Shown here piece by piece: positions 1-10,253 of a stretch of 32,000 nt of DNA (its first letter is position 1; the number at the start of each line of letters is the position of its first letter). The stretch is from Paramicrosporidium saccamoebae KSL3 (taxonomy: Eukaryota; Fungi; Cryptomycota): NCBI GenBank assembly GCA_002794465.1, contig MTSL01000072.1:1-32000 (forward strand), written 5' to 3'. Both the position numbers and the translations under genes were made by a program. Under the pieces are notes generated by a model. It was not told the origin of the DNA. It made no database searches and saw only the letters and a list, made by a program, of their open reading frames with translations.

Positions 1-120
1 CAATTCGACAGGGCACACGAATTACATACTCCTCTGATGACGAGTTATTTCGCAGAGGCGGGGGCGTGGGTGTTGGCAGCGAAGCGTCTCATTGAGGTTG
101 CCAAGATTTGTCTGCACTGA
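1..120 (+). CDS. Possible 3' end of an upstream gene (partial)
   Basis: Frame 1 is open from base 1 to TGA at 118-120 (QFDRAHELHTPLMTSYFAEAGAWVLAAKRLIEVAKICLH*). No family recognised. Confidence 0.25.
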   Translation, partial: QFDRAHELHTPLMTSYFAEAGAWVLAAKRLIEVAKICLH

Positions 121-235
121 TGTGGGACTGAAGAGTATAGTAGTAAATTGATAAATCGACGATAATATCTACCGACCGATGCAGTAGAGAAATTGATTAA
201 ACGTTTCCTTGCGGTGGATGCTATTGGCGAGTGAC

Positions 236-1200
236 ATGAGCGGCAGTCCCCACCAACAGCCCTACCACCAACCTCACCAACAGCCCCACCAGCAGCAACA
301 ACAACAGTACCAACAGTCCCAGTACCAGCAACAGTACCAGCAGCCTCAGTACCAACAGTCTCAGCACCAACAGCCGTCTCAGTCCAGTCCATATGCCCAG
401 CCGCCGCAATCCTATCAGGCTGCAGAAACTGACTTTTTAAAGGGCGTCTTGCCCAACCCTCAGCTTGGTCTGCAGATTGGGACACAAATGATCAATGTCG
501 GCCAGGATTATGTCCACAAGAATGTACATGTGCTGGAATGCTCATTCTGTAGATCTCTCCATACATTCCATATGGCGCCCTGAAGACGTACTTTAATGTC
601 ACAAACTTGTATGTTCTGCAAAAGCTGACTATTATTCTGTTCCCGTTCCGGCACAAGGCGTGGCAGCGGAGTGTATTGCGGGACCCGTCCGGACAGACAA
701 TGGGCTTTGTTCCTCCACGTCAAGACATTAACTCGCCCGACCTGTACATCCCCACCATGGCGGCTGTGACCTATGTCCTGCTAGTGGGATTTGTTCTGGG
801 CTTGCGCAAGTCTTTCCATCCAGAACAGCTCGGCATCACCGCCACGGGGGCGGTTATTTTCATTTTCTGCGAATTGCTGCTGGTAAAGCTTGGGGCATAC
901 CTGCTGAGTCTTGGCAATGACGTGACAATCCTCGACATGCTTGCCATCATTGGCTATAATTTTGTTCCCCTGATCGTGACATTGTTGGCCGATCTCTTCC
1001 TTGGACGGACCTTTAAGTATATTGCCTTTACCTACTGCAGCTTGGCGATGGCATTTTTCATGCTGCGCAGTCTGCGGTACTCCTTCCTCCCCGAGTCCAG
1101 TGCCGCCCCGTTGGTGATCAACCAGCGTCGGACAAGAGTGCATTTCCTCTTTGGGATTGTCGCAGTGCAGATCCTCTGCTCCTACTTCCTCCTAGTGTAA
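236..1200 (+). CDS. YIF1: YIF1/HRF1-family ER-Golgi membrane protein, 311 aa, 2 exons
   Basis: A 29-nt intron at 524-552 joins the ORFs in frame (DYVHKN|ISPYIPYGALKTYFNVTNLYVLQKL..LFPF). Also has the DINSPDLYIP motif, a Q/Y-rich N-terminus and several TM segments. Confidence 0.92.
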
Positions 1201-1341
1201 TAAACTATAGTATAAATGGGACGGGTATTTATTCAAAATGCCTAATCATTCCAATCCGGTTTGGTCATCGTAGTCGGGTTGTATAGTCATCGCATTCAAG
1301 AGATAGTTGTCACATTTAAAAGGTAACCATAATTGAATTGT

Positions 1342-1509
1342 TTAGTCCTCGTGGGTCTTTAGGGCTTCGGCATTGGCACCGACTCTGATGCGCGGATTGG
1401 CGTTCGAGCGAGGTGCAGCGGCACGGACCGCAAACTTTTCATCGTCGCTCATCAAGAAGACGATAGCAAGCACAGTAAAAAAGGTGGTGATGCGTTGAAG
1501 TCCAAACAT
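1342..1509 (-). CDS. Putative 55-aa small secreted or membrane peptide (below the ORF-track cutoff)
   Basis: MFGLQRITTFFTVLAIVFLMSDDEKFAVRAAAPRSNANPRIRVGANAEALKTHED*. Hydrophobic N-terminus, minus-strand AATAAA at 1228-1233 and upstream CCAAT at 1600 and 1624. Confidence 0.45.
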   Translation of the reverse strand: MFGLQRITTFFTVLAIVFLMSDDEKFAVRAAAPRSNANPRIRVGANAEALKTHED

Positions 1510-1695
1510 TGGAAATTTGTGGATGATAGCTTTGCGCCTATACAGATTTATAGTTTAGCTGAAACTGGTAGCGAATCCGAGACGGGCTTCAGACAATGTC
1601 CAATCAGAAAACACAATTTGCAGCCAATCAGCTAGCAAATTCTGGCAAATTCGGAATGGGCGTTTTTATAGGCTGACGTTGACAACATTAGGATT

Positions 1696-2091
1696 ATGCT
1701 CACCATGTCCCATCCTGTCAATACTGGGCTATGGCGAAGAAAGAGGAGTAGGCCACCTTCAGAGCTAGGAGAAGAATGGGATACCATCGAAGAGCTAAAA
1801 AGACTCAAGCTCCACGACGCTCTGCCCGTCAGTGTGCGCAAGGAGCCATCTAGCTCGCAGGCTCTGATTCCCCTTCCTGTGGCCCCCTCGAAAGAAACTT
1901 TCAAGATGGCTATATCTGTAGATTTTCCCGAAACCTCCCTGGGACGACTTTTTCGTCAAGCCGACGCCAATTCCCAGGCGGAGGAATCATCAGCCTCCGG
2001 GAAGGAACTTGTCGTATATCAACCAACTCCATTATCCGAGCTACTGAAGCAAGCCGCCTACCTCGACGAGCATCAGATGCTACTAGATTAG
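1696..2091 (+). CDS. Hypothetical 131-aa protein with basic NLS-like patches
   Basis: ATG-initiated ORF filling the intergenic gap. Contains RRKRSRP and KRLKL. No family recognised. Confidence 0.6.
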   Translation: MLTMSHPVNTGLWRRKRSRPPSELGEEWDTIEELKRLKLHDALPVSVRKEPSSSQALIPLPVAPSKETFKMAISVDFPETSLGRLFRQADANSQAEESSASGKELVVYQPTPLSELLKQAAYLDEHQMLLD

Positions 2092-2156
2092 ACATTTTCT
2101 AAGCAATACATACGTGTCCGCTTTATTCTCATTGGCTTAGCTCTTCTGTGCGTACA

Positions 2157-2990
2157 ATGATGGACAAACTGCGGGATACGTCGCAACACGCCGAAGTTGT
2201 CCTCAACAACCTTGCCGCGCCCCTCAAGCCCTATCTCTCCCACATTGGGCGTTTCCTCCTCGTCGTTACCTTTTTGGAGGACGCCCTGCGTATTTTCATG
2301 CAGTGGTCAGAGCAGGTTCGTTTCATGGAATACTACCGCAACTTTCCCCGTTCTCTGGCACACATTTTTCTCTTCTATAATGTTACCATGATGTTAACTG
2401 GCTCTGTGATGGGTCTAGCGCGTTTCAAGACGCCGGTGGCCTGTGGATTGCTAGCCTCTGTCGTCGTGGCCCAGACTCTTGGTTACGGACTGCTCTTCCA
2501 TCCAAGTTTCATGCTCCGTAACTTTTCTCTCATCGGTGGGATTCTTCTACTTCTCGCAGAATCATTTACAAGTGACGGAAAGCGCGGTCGAGCGGTCCTC
2601 TTCCCCGGCTTGCCCAATATCACCGAGACAGAAAAGAGTACTTATGTTTCCCTCTTTGGGCGGATCCTTCTGATTTTGCTGTTTGGTGCGCTCGGTTTAC
2701 AGGGCACCTTTTCTCCCATGAAAAAAGTATTTGCAGTCCTGGCGTGCATCTCTTGTATGATGGTGGCCGTTGGATTCAAGGCGCGCTATTCGGCCATGTT
2801 CCTGGTGGCCATCTTGTCAGTAGCTAACATTGTCATCAATCCGTGGTGGTCCTACGGCACGGACAGTGCAGAACGTGACTTTTTGCGCTACGACTTTTTC
2901 CAAATGTTGTCCATCATGGGTGGATTCCTCTTGCTAGCCAACTCTGGTCCCGGTGAACTGAGTCTTGATGAGAAGAAAAAGTCCTACTAA
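2157..2990 (+). CDS. ERV29: ERV29/SURF4 COPII cargo receptor
   Basis: GRFLLVVTFLEDALRI and YDFFQMLSIMGG..GPGELSLDEKKKSY motifs, multiple TM segments and a di-lysine tail. Confidence 0.95.
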   Translation: MMDKLRDTSQHAEVVLNNLAAPLKPYLSHIGRFLLVVTFLEDALRIFMQWSEQVRFMEYYRNFPRSLAHIFLFYNVTMMLTGSVMGLARFKTPVACGLLASVVVAQTLGYGLLFHPSFMLRNFSLIGGILLLLAESFTSDGKRGRAVLFPGLPNITETEKSTYVSLFGRILLILLFGALGLQGTFSPMKKVFAVLACISCMMVAVGFKARYSAMFLVAILSVANIVINPWWSYGTDSAERDFLRYDFFQMLSIMGGFLLLANSGPGELSLDEKKKSY

Positions 2991-3045
2991 GTCTCTAAGC
3001 TAAATAAACCCTGTCCATTGACTGAGAGATTACAAGAGCTTCCTA

Positions 3046-3150
3046 GATGAATAAGGTTGTGAAATGATACATGATTACGAACCAGCGAGATGGATAAAGT
3101 TGTGAAATGACACGGGATTACGGATCAGCGAGATGGATAGTTGTAAAGTG
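3046..3150. repeat. Imperfect 43-bp tandem repeat, 2 full copies plus a partial third
   Basis: gatgaataaggttgtgaaatgatacatgattacgaaccagcga (3046-3088), gatggataaagttgtgaaatgacacgggattacggatcagcga (3089-3131), then gatggatagttgtaaagtg. Confidence 0.85.
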
Positions 3151-3222
3151 GTATAGAATCACTGATTACCAAAAAACGCGCAGTGACTATAGGATAACAT
3201 TTATTTGTCTCACAGAAGCAGC

Positions 3223-3744
3223 TTAGAACTTCATGGTGTGGGGAGCCTGACCCTTCTGAAGAGTAAAGAGAGACTTTAGGTACGAACGCATGTTGGGGAC
3301 CTTCTTGATGTGAGTCAGCAGCAGGCTATCAACCTCGCTCTGGATCTTCTTGCGCTCAGCACTGACCTCCTTCTTTTGCTCCTCACCTTCGAACATTCCC
3401 TTCTTGGCCTTCTTGCACTTTTTGAAGAGAGTCTCGGAAAATTCAGGGACCTTGACTCCCGAAATGTCCACCTTTGTGGAGGTAGCCAGCACATATGACT
3501 GGTTGACACGCTTCAGCGGCACACCGTTAACCTTCATAGGTCCAGAGACCAACAGCAGACCAGAGGCGAGCTGCTTAAGGAACACGACGCGACGACCGCG
3601 GAAACGTCCAGCGAGCAAAATAAGGACGGTACCGGGTGTGATGGAAGCACGAAGTTTGGCAGTCTTCGCGGAGCGCTTGGGGGCCGCTACGGGGGCGTCA
3701 TGGAGCTCGACGTTACGGGGAGCAGGTGCAGTCTTTGCGGCCAT
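3223..3744 (-). CDS. RPL6: 60S ribosomal protein L6 (eL6), 173 aa, with a probable 37-nt 5'UTR intron (3745-3781)
   Basis: LRASITPGTVLILLAGRFRGRRVVFLKQL..GP..NGVPL.RVNQ.YV.ATST and YLKSLFTLQKGQAPHTMKF. The upstream gtacccac...ttaacccctag ends exactly at the ATG. Confidence 0.96.
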   Translation of the reverse strand: MAAKTAPAPRNVELHDAPVAAPKRSAKTAKLRASITPGTVLILLAGRFRGRRVVFLKQLASGLLLVSGPMKVNGVPLKRVNQSYVLATSTKVDISGVKVPEFSETLFKKCKKAKKGMFEGEEQKKEVSAERKKIQSEVDSLLLTHIKKVPNMRSYLKSLFTLQKGQAPHTMKF

Positions 3745-4203
3745 CTAGGGGTTAATGGATGGATGGGAGATGGGTGGGTACCTTTATATGTCACTGACTA
3801 CCAAGGTCAAGCCAGGGTTCCCGAGGTCCATTTCCTAGCATTGCATCTATTGTTAGATGGCAGAACAATACCTCAAGATCCTTGATTCTAGCAGTCGATT
3901 ACAAGAATCAGGCCGATACACTAAAATATCCAAGTGTTGAGCGCAAGAGCTGCTCCTCGGTAATGGGGGGGGAGACAATCGCATATTCGTTAATTATTGT
4001 GCATATATGTATGGCTTCAAGCTGTGTAGGCTTGCAAGGTGTTATCAATATGGCAATACTAGCAGCTACACACGATATCATTATAATTATAATACAAGTC
4101 GACTAATTCCATTGGCCGACGACTAGAGTTATGGAAGTTTCTAGACCCTTGATCCTGGAGGAGCCATTTAAGCCTCATTTCCGGGGAGGGCAGCCAATAT
4201 TAC

Positions 4204-4825
4204 ATGACTACTGAATCTCCGTATACCTGTATTGGGTGACTCTAATACGTATAGAATTGTACGAGCTCCCCGTGTCCTTTGGGCACAACGCAAGGACGTT
4301 CTGTACCTTACAATCGAAATCGTCGAGGCCAAGGACGACTCGCTCACCATCACTGAGAAATCTCTAGCTTTTTCGGCCTCTGAGGGCAGCAGTGGAAACA
4401 AATACTCGGTCAGCTTTGACTTTTACGACCTCGTTAATGCAGAGTCCGTAGAGCAGCACAAGACGGACCGTCACATTAGTCTGGTGGTGAAGAAGGTAGA
4501 TGAGGAAAAGCCATACTGGCCACGGCTGGTAAAGGTTGGAAAGCCGCATTTTGTGCACACCGATTTTAGTCGCTGGAAAGATGAGGATGAAGAGGACGAA
4601 GAGGAGCCTGGAATGGGTGGAATGAGTGGAATGGGCGGAATGGGCGACATGGATTTTAGCCAGTTTGCCAGTATGGCTGGAAACGGTGGCTTTCCCAACA
4701 TGATGGGAGGACAAAACTTTGATGAGGAGGATAGTGACGAGGAGGAGACTGGCAAAGATAATACTGACGAAGAGGATCCGTATCAAAAGACCAGCAAGGC
4801 CACCTTAGTTGAGGACGATGAATAA
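4204..4825 (+). CDS. SBA1: Hsp90 co-chaperone p23 (CS domain plus acidic/GM tail), 195 aa
   Basis: A 34-nt intron at 4221-4254 gives MTTESPIVRAPRVLWAQR. Has YWPRL..K.HFVHTDFSRWKDEDE and GGMGGM repeats. Confidence 0.93.
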
Positions 4826-4935
4826 GATACTTTAATTACACGCATTCTGTCTCCATAAATGGTTGTAGTCTCAAACTGATATTTGCGATAACAAGGGCGA
4901 ATAATTAGGGAAATTGCGGCCAGCCCATGGTGACA

Positions 4936-5630
4936 ATGGATGACGCACCCGACGAGTCTGCCTTGGTAGGCACCTTTGGAGTACGTCTCGGCGACTCGAT
5001 CACTAGCAAACAAGCCAAGAGCTCCTTTCATTCTTTCCGGTGTACTGCACACATACTAGAGTGACGGTGTAGATAACTTTGCACCCGACTCGGCAGACAA
5101 GTCAAAGGGTAACCTGATAGTCAGCGGGTCCGGTGAGACCTCGCTATCGTTGGCTAGCACCACCAAGGTATCTTTCACGCCATTTGTAAGTTTGCGGCAC
5201 ATGGGCCCATAGTCTGCACACTTGCAGCCAGCCCATGGCCCACAAAGAACGGAAGCAACAGGACGTGCCGGTATATTTTTTGCCGGATGCGTAGTATTTC
5301 TTCCTACATCTACCCTTTCCTTAGATACTATATTATAACTTGCAGGATATCGACGAGCATTTGTTCAAGGGGCCACAGACAAAGTGCAAGGAGAATGACT
5401 ATTTGTTAGTGTTTGATCCTGACACTCGTGAATTTGTATTGGAGAAGCATTCTAGCTCATTTGCACTAAGGAACATTCGTCCCACTAAGCGGAGGAAGCC
5501 GGAATCAGGAGAAGATGACACACCAACTGCGGGACGAATCCTGATGCCCGTTGCACGGGCCGTGGAGGATGATGGAGACGAATTTTCAGATCTGGAGAGT
5601 GACCTGCTTCGTGACTTGGAAAAGTCCTAA
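4936..5630 (+). CDS. ELL-associated factor (EAF) family elongation factor, 161 aa, 3 exons
   Basis: Introns at 5042-5072 (31 nt) and 5168-5345 (178 nt) give ...FHSFRYNFAPDS...LFKGPQTKCKENDYLLVFDPDTREFVLEKHSS, the EAF domain pattern. The spliced length is divisible by 3. Confidence 0.8.
5196..5311 (+). ncRNA. Candidate intronic box H/ACA snoRNA
   Basis: Hairpin (5196-5240), H box AAAGAA (5244-5249), second hairpin (5251-5304) and ACA (5306-5308), all inside the only 178-nt intron. Confidence 0.65.
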
Positions 5631-5750
5631 ATTTTGCATCCATTGTATAATAATAAAGAACATTCATTCTGTTGCAGCGTAGCGTGCATTGCAGCCGCGT
5701 ATTGATGGGGGCTGTCCGGGGTGGCCGAGCTTTATAGAGGACCCGGTTCC

Positions 5751-6318
5751 ATGAAGTACACTATCCATCCATTTAATTCAGTACAAAACGCAGTATCTGG
5801 TGCTGCCATTCCATTTTCCATTACAAAATAGATACTAACCTGCGTCTAGAACTGAAGTTTGCAACTTTTCCGGCGCCAAGATCTACCCGGGCCACGGAAA
5901 GCTCTTTGTCCGCGGCGACAGCAAGGCCTTCCGCCTGATTAACCGCAAGTGCGAGTCCCCCTTCCTTAGCAAGAAGAACCCGCGCAAGTATCACTGGACC
6001 GTCTTCTTCCGTCGCCTGCACAAGAAGGGCACCGCCGAAGAGGTCGCCAAGAAGCGCGTCCGCAAGACTGTCAAGGTGCAGCGTGCCATTGTTGGTGCTA
6101 GCTGGGAGCAGATTGTGGCACAGCGTGAGCAGCCTTTGGCTGTACGCAAGGCCACTAGGGATGCGGCCACGGATGCGGCCAAGGATAAGAAGAAGCAGGA
6201 GCAGGCCAAGAAGAGAGCCGAGAAGGTCAAGGCAGTTGGATCAGCCCAACGCCAACAGCCCAAGTTCAAGGCGTCCAAGAACGCCCCCGCTTCTCGTCCT
6301 TCTGCCACCAGTCGTTAA
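5751..6318 (+). CDS. RPL24: 60S ribosomal protein L24 (eL24), 157 aa
   Basis: A 94-nt intron at 5756-5849 with TACTAAC gives [27 protein letters not shown]...KNPRK..WT..FRRLHKKG. Confidence 0.96.
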
Positions 6319-6387
6319 GTCGTGGTTGTCAGTTCAATAAATGTTTGATCATACAACGGCAGTGTTTACATTTGATTGGCCGCCCAC

Positions 6388-7405
6388 ATGTACCGCTGGA
6401 ATATAAGACGGATATCCACAAAAGCGGTGCGGTTAGTGGAAGTGGGTCCGCGCGATGGACTACAGAACGAACCTAACACGGCTGCACTGACCACCAAGGT
6501 CAAGGCCGAGTTTATCCGCCGTCTGGCGAATAGTGGACTCCGTTGGATTGAGGCCGGGAGTTTTGTTTCCCCCAAGTGGGTTCCCCAGATGGCCGATACA
6601 GAAGCCGTCCTGGAGACCTTGGCCAAAGATCCTGAAATAGCCAAGATGAGCAGTCTCCGTCTGCCCGTACTGGTGCCCAATATGACTGGCTTGGAGACGG
6701 CTCTGTCATCCGGATTGTCGACAGTGTTGAAAGAAGTGGCAGTATTTACAGCAGCCAGCGACACTTTCAATAAGAAGAATACCAATTGCACAGTAGAGGA
6801 ATCTCTGAAGCGACTGGCTGAGGTGTGCAAGACTGCCACGGATAAAGGACTGATGGTCCGCGGGTACGTGTCAACAGTGGTTGGATGTCCGTATGAAGGC
6901 CAGATTGCGCCTGAGAAGGTCAGAGATGTGACCCTGGAGCTGCTCAGACTGGGATGCTATGAAGTTTCCCTCGGGGACACAATTGGAGTAGGCACAGCAG
7001 GTAATTTGGACCGGTGAGTAATGGATAGGCAGTGTGAGGGAGATGCTCAAGACTGTGCTGACCAGCGTGGATCCTTCCAAACTGGCCGTCCACTTCCACG
7101 ACACTTACGGACAGGCACTTGCCAACATTCTCGTTGCTCTGGAGGTACATTGATGTTGACACTGAGATGTTTAGAGCGGAATCCGGACGATTGATTCGTC
7201 AGTCGCTGGCCTGGGTGGATGTCCTTACGCCCCGGGAGCCAGTGGAAATGTCGCCACCGAGGACGTTGTTTACATGTTACATGGACTGCAATACTTTACG
7301 GGCGTCGACCTGGCCAAGCTTGTGGCGGCGGGGGAGTTTATCACAGCCAAGTTGGGTCAGACAAATCGTTCCCGGACTGCAAATGCTCTGCTCACCAAGA
7401 AATAA
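6388..7405 (+). CDS. HMGCL: Hydroxymethylglutaryl-CoA lyase, probably mitochondrial, 319 aa, 3 exons
   Basis: [33 protein letters not shown] and [19 protein letters not shown] after removing introns 7001-7028 and 7145-7174. Confidence 0.95.
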
Positions 7406-7406
7406 T

Positions 7407-8065
7407 TTATTTCTCAGATAAAAGCTCCTTGGTGATGCGTTTCATAGCGGCCAGCTCAGCCTCAGTAGCTTTGCCGCTGGCCTTCCAGCGCACCTGCGCG
7501 TGACGATCGATCAAATAAACATATGCGCCGAGGTAATTGGGCACAGTCAGCGTGTCTAGCAGCTGCATTGGCCGATAGGCAACTATAAAACTGTTTTGTA
7601 TGGATTCGGGGAGGGTGGCCAGGGCGGTAGAGCGGAGTAGGCGTGAGAATAACAGCCATTTAATACGACTCATCAACGGTCTCACGTCTATTAGCCGACC
7701 TCCCGCCTCCAGAAAGGGACGTCGAAAACTTTCGAGATGCGGCTCAGAGTATGCGGTGAAGCAGATGGTCAACAGGGTAACATGTCCCATGCAATGTCCA
7801 CGAAGTGACAATTCGTTACCAGTAATTGTTGTTGGCGTCCACTCAGGAAGAGCAATGGGGGTAATGACATTCTGGGATGCGGAAAAGAATTTTCCTTGCG
7901 ACTTCAAAATGTCGCTAATTTCCGCGACGGGACTTTTTGCCATGTCGCGAGCACTATCGGTTAGCCGATGCAGTGGGGATACAGACGCATCTTGCGCTGT
8001 TTATGCGCCTCGGCACTAAAAAGGGTGTGTCTTATGCGCGCCCACCAGGACGGTTTAGCAAGCAT
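7407..8065 (-). CDS. ATP10: Mitochondrial ATP synthase F0 assembly factor, about 209 aa
   Basis: C-terminal GAYVYLIDRHAQVRWKASGKATEAE. A 29-nt intron at 7954-7982 (ctaac branch) extends the frame to MLAKPSWWARIRH. The start codon is tentative. Confidence 0.8.
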
Positions 8066-8649
8066 GACTGGCTAGCACACTTTCGTGCGAGAGGGAGAGC
8101 AAGTATATCTACAGACCAGGGACTGAGAAGGCATAGCGATGGATCACAACCCCAATAAAGAGTCGTTACCACAAACGCGACCCTTACAAGCGTCTAATTT
8201 TTCAAATAAAACTGTAGTGATTATAAATCTGATATTTCTCAACCTATGTTCATCTTATTAATTCCAGGAACAACTCGAGAATCTCAAGTACTTGCAGTCA
8301 TCCCTCACGCTTCCCCGTGACGCTTGCAGTATTAGAAATAAAATCATGTTCTCCTAATCCCAAAATGCTAATGAAAGCGCGTATTCATTAATTCTACAGT
8401 ATCTTAGATTGAGAGTGATCCGACCTTACTGCATTGTCAACCTTACCATTCGTGGCTTCAGACTTGTCGTCTGTCGCTTTCTTATTGGTTATTTAACATT
8501 AATCTTCTGGTGGCTTATAAAAGCGGATTGGGTGCTTCGAGTGTAGGGTTACAAACCGATAAGCCCAACATGAAACATCAAGGCGAGATCGAGATAACCA
8601 AAGTTCCGAACGTAGTACAGCCCAACATCAAGGAATTTGGTAACACACA

Positions 8650-9631
8650 ATGAAGAATAACTCTGACGTCGTGCTAGGCTGTGAACTTTCAGACAAAGAA
8701 AGGTTGCATTACGAGTTTGTAAACGAAATGAGTCTTGCCTTCGAGTTCAGCGATCTTAAAGACAAGGGCAGAGAAACGATGGGCGCCCTTGAACATCTTG
8801 AAGAACTAGTGTTCGGAAAGAGTATAGGAAGCACTAGACATCCAATGGCGCGTATGGAGGTTCTTTGGGAACACTTTAAGGATGTTACATTTCAGCCGAG
8901 AATAAGGTATCCAATTTGAACTATTCTAATAGAGTAGACCACGCGATGGTATGTTCATTACTGTGGACTTTGCCCCAGGCTGGGGATCAGGGACAGCTGT
9001 TCGATGTGGTCAATTGCCCGATTCACCATTTTCCGAAGATGATATCCCAAATATGATTGTTGAAGAAGTCGCCTACATTACTGGAATCCAACTCTCCACC
9101 GATGAGATTTATTTTAAGCATAGCATACGCGTCAAACAGTCCTATGAAGACTACGAAGGACCTTTGGAGTTTTTTCGAGACGGTGGGATCATGGGATGGG
9201 GATACCTGCCCAAGACACGGACAGTTCCCGGCTTACGCTGGAGAGTACACATTTCGCAGATTTCACATGAAATTAGCGCAGCATTTCAACGTATCAAGAT
9301 GTTTAAAGAAGGCTATCTAACAGCTGAAGAGCGATTCACAAGGTGGGGAATTGTAATGCATATTTCGTCAAGAGTTCAAGAGCTTCAGGGTGATTACTCC
9401 GATCGCCCAAGCGAGTGGAAACATGTTCTTCTCATCCTTGACACGTGCGAGGAGGACATTCAGGCCATGTTAAATTTCACTAACAGGATGAATTTGCTTA
9501 ATCCGGTTCACGATCTCATCCCTATCCGGGTTCTTGAAGTAATCACTGTGTTCCGGGTACTATTTCGAGTGTCTCTGCGACAATTCGAGCTGGCCTATGA
9601 TGACTATGTACAAAGAGAACGTCGCTTATAA
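8650..9631 (+). CDS. Orphan protein A, 316 aa, 2 exons (paralog of 10776-11744)
   Basis: A 31-nt phase-2 intron at 8907-8937 joins ORFs 8650 and 8951. Clear similarity to orphan B. Confidence 0.75.
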
Positions 9632-9791
9632 TAGAATCACAAGTAGTGTAGAGCAATACCGTAACCATTTATTGCCAGAAGAATTTTTCACCGACAATGT
9701 ATAGCGAATAAACCACAAACAGTTTCATCAGAGCGTAATCTTCTCAAGTTAGACGTGGATCAGCAATTATAAAGAGACACGATAGACGCGT

Positions 9792-10253
9792 ATGTTGGAC
9801 AAAACGTTATGCAACGCCGCGTAGGTTACAGCACATGTCGAGTCGTTTAGGTACACGGATCCTGGACGCTCCCTGCATTTCTCTCAGAGCATCAGGGAAG
9901 CAAGTGATGTCGACTACTCAGAAGACATTAGCATTATCGGGCTTCAGCACGGGCTGGTTGTCACAAGGCCCGCAACGATGCCGGACGGGCCCTTGGAGGC
10001 TATGCTCCTAGTGGGTGAGAAGGCCGGCTTATTTCTCGAGAGGAGCAGGACGACACCGGAGCTTTTTTCCAGAGTCCTTGGAGTCCAGGACGACAGCCAC
10101 TCTCGACACATCATTAGACTACTCCAGAGGAGCAGGAACAAGCTAGCCCACCCGGATCCCCTTAGAATTATTGAGAGAGGAACTGATCTTAGCCTGGTCC
10201 CCCAAGGATACGAGGGTTACGCAAATCTACTTATTAAATGGGACTCATCATGA
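9792..10253 (+). CDS. Orphan protein C, about 143 aa (3' end uncertain)
   Basis: The frame is open from 9825 to 10253. A 30-nt intron at 9821-9850 links it to an ATG at 9792. A second possible intron (10216-10265) would end at TAA 10342-10344, just before AATAAA at 10351. Confidence 0.45.

Noticed and set aside
45-485. 146-aa and 62-aa minus-strand ORFs
   Set aside because: Antisense shadows of the Q-rich low-complexity YIF1 exon.
3046-3150. 43-bp (and 46-bp at 23880) repeats as CRISPR-like arrays
   Set aside because: Head-to-tail degenerate copies with no unique spacers, no cas genes, and a eukaryotic context.
5756-5849. RPL24 intron as two small introns around an 11-nt microexon (5782-5792), or as a C/D snoRNA host
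   Set aside because: The microexon would shift the frame, and there are no C or D boxes. A single intron with TACTAAC restores the protein.
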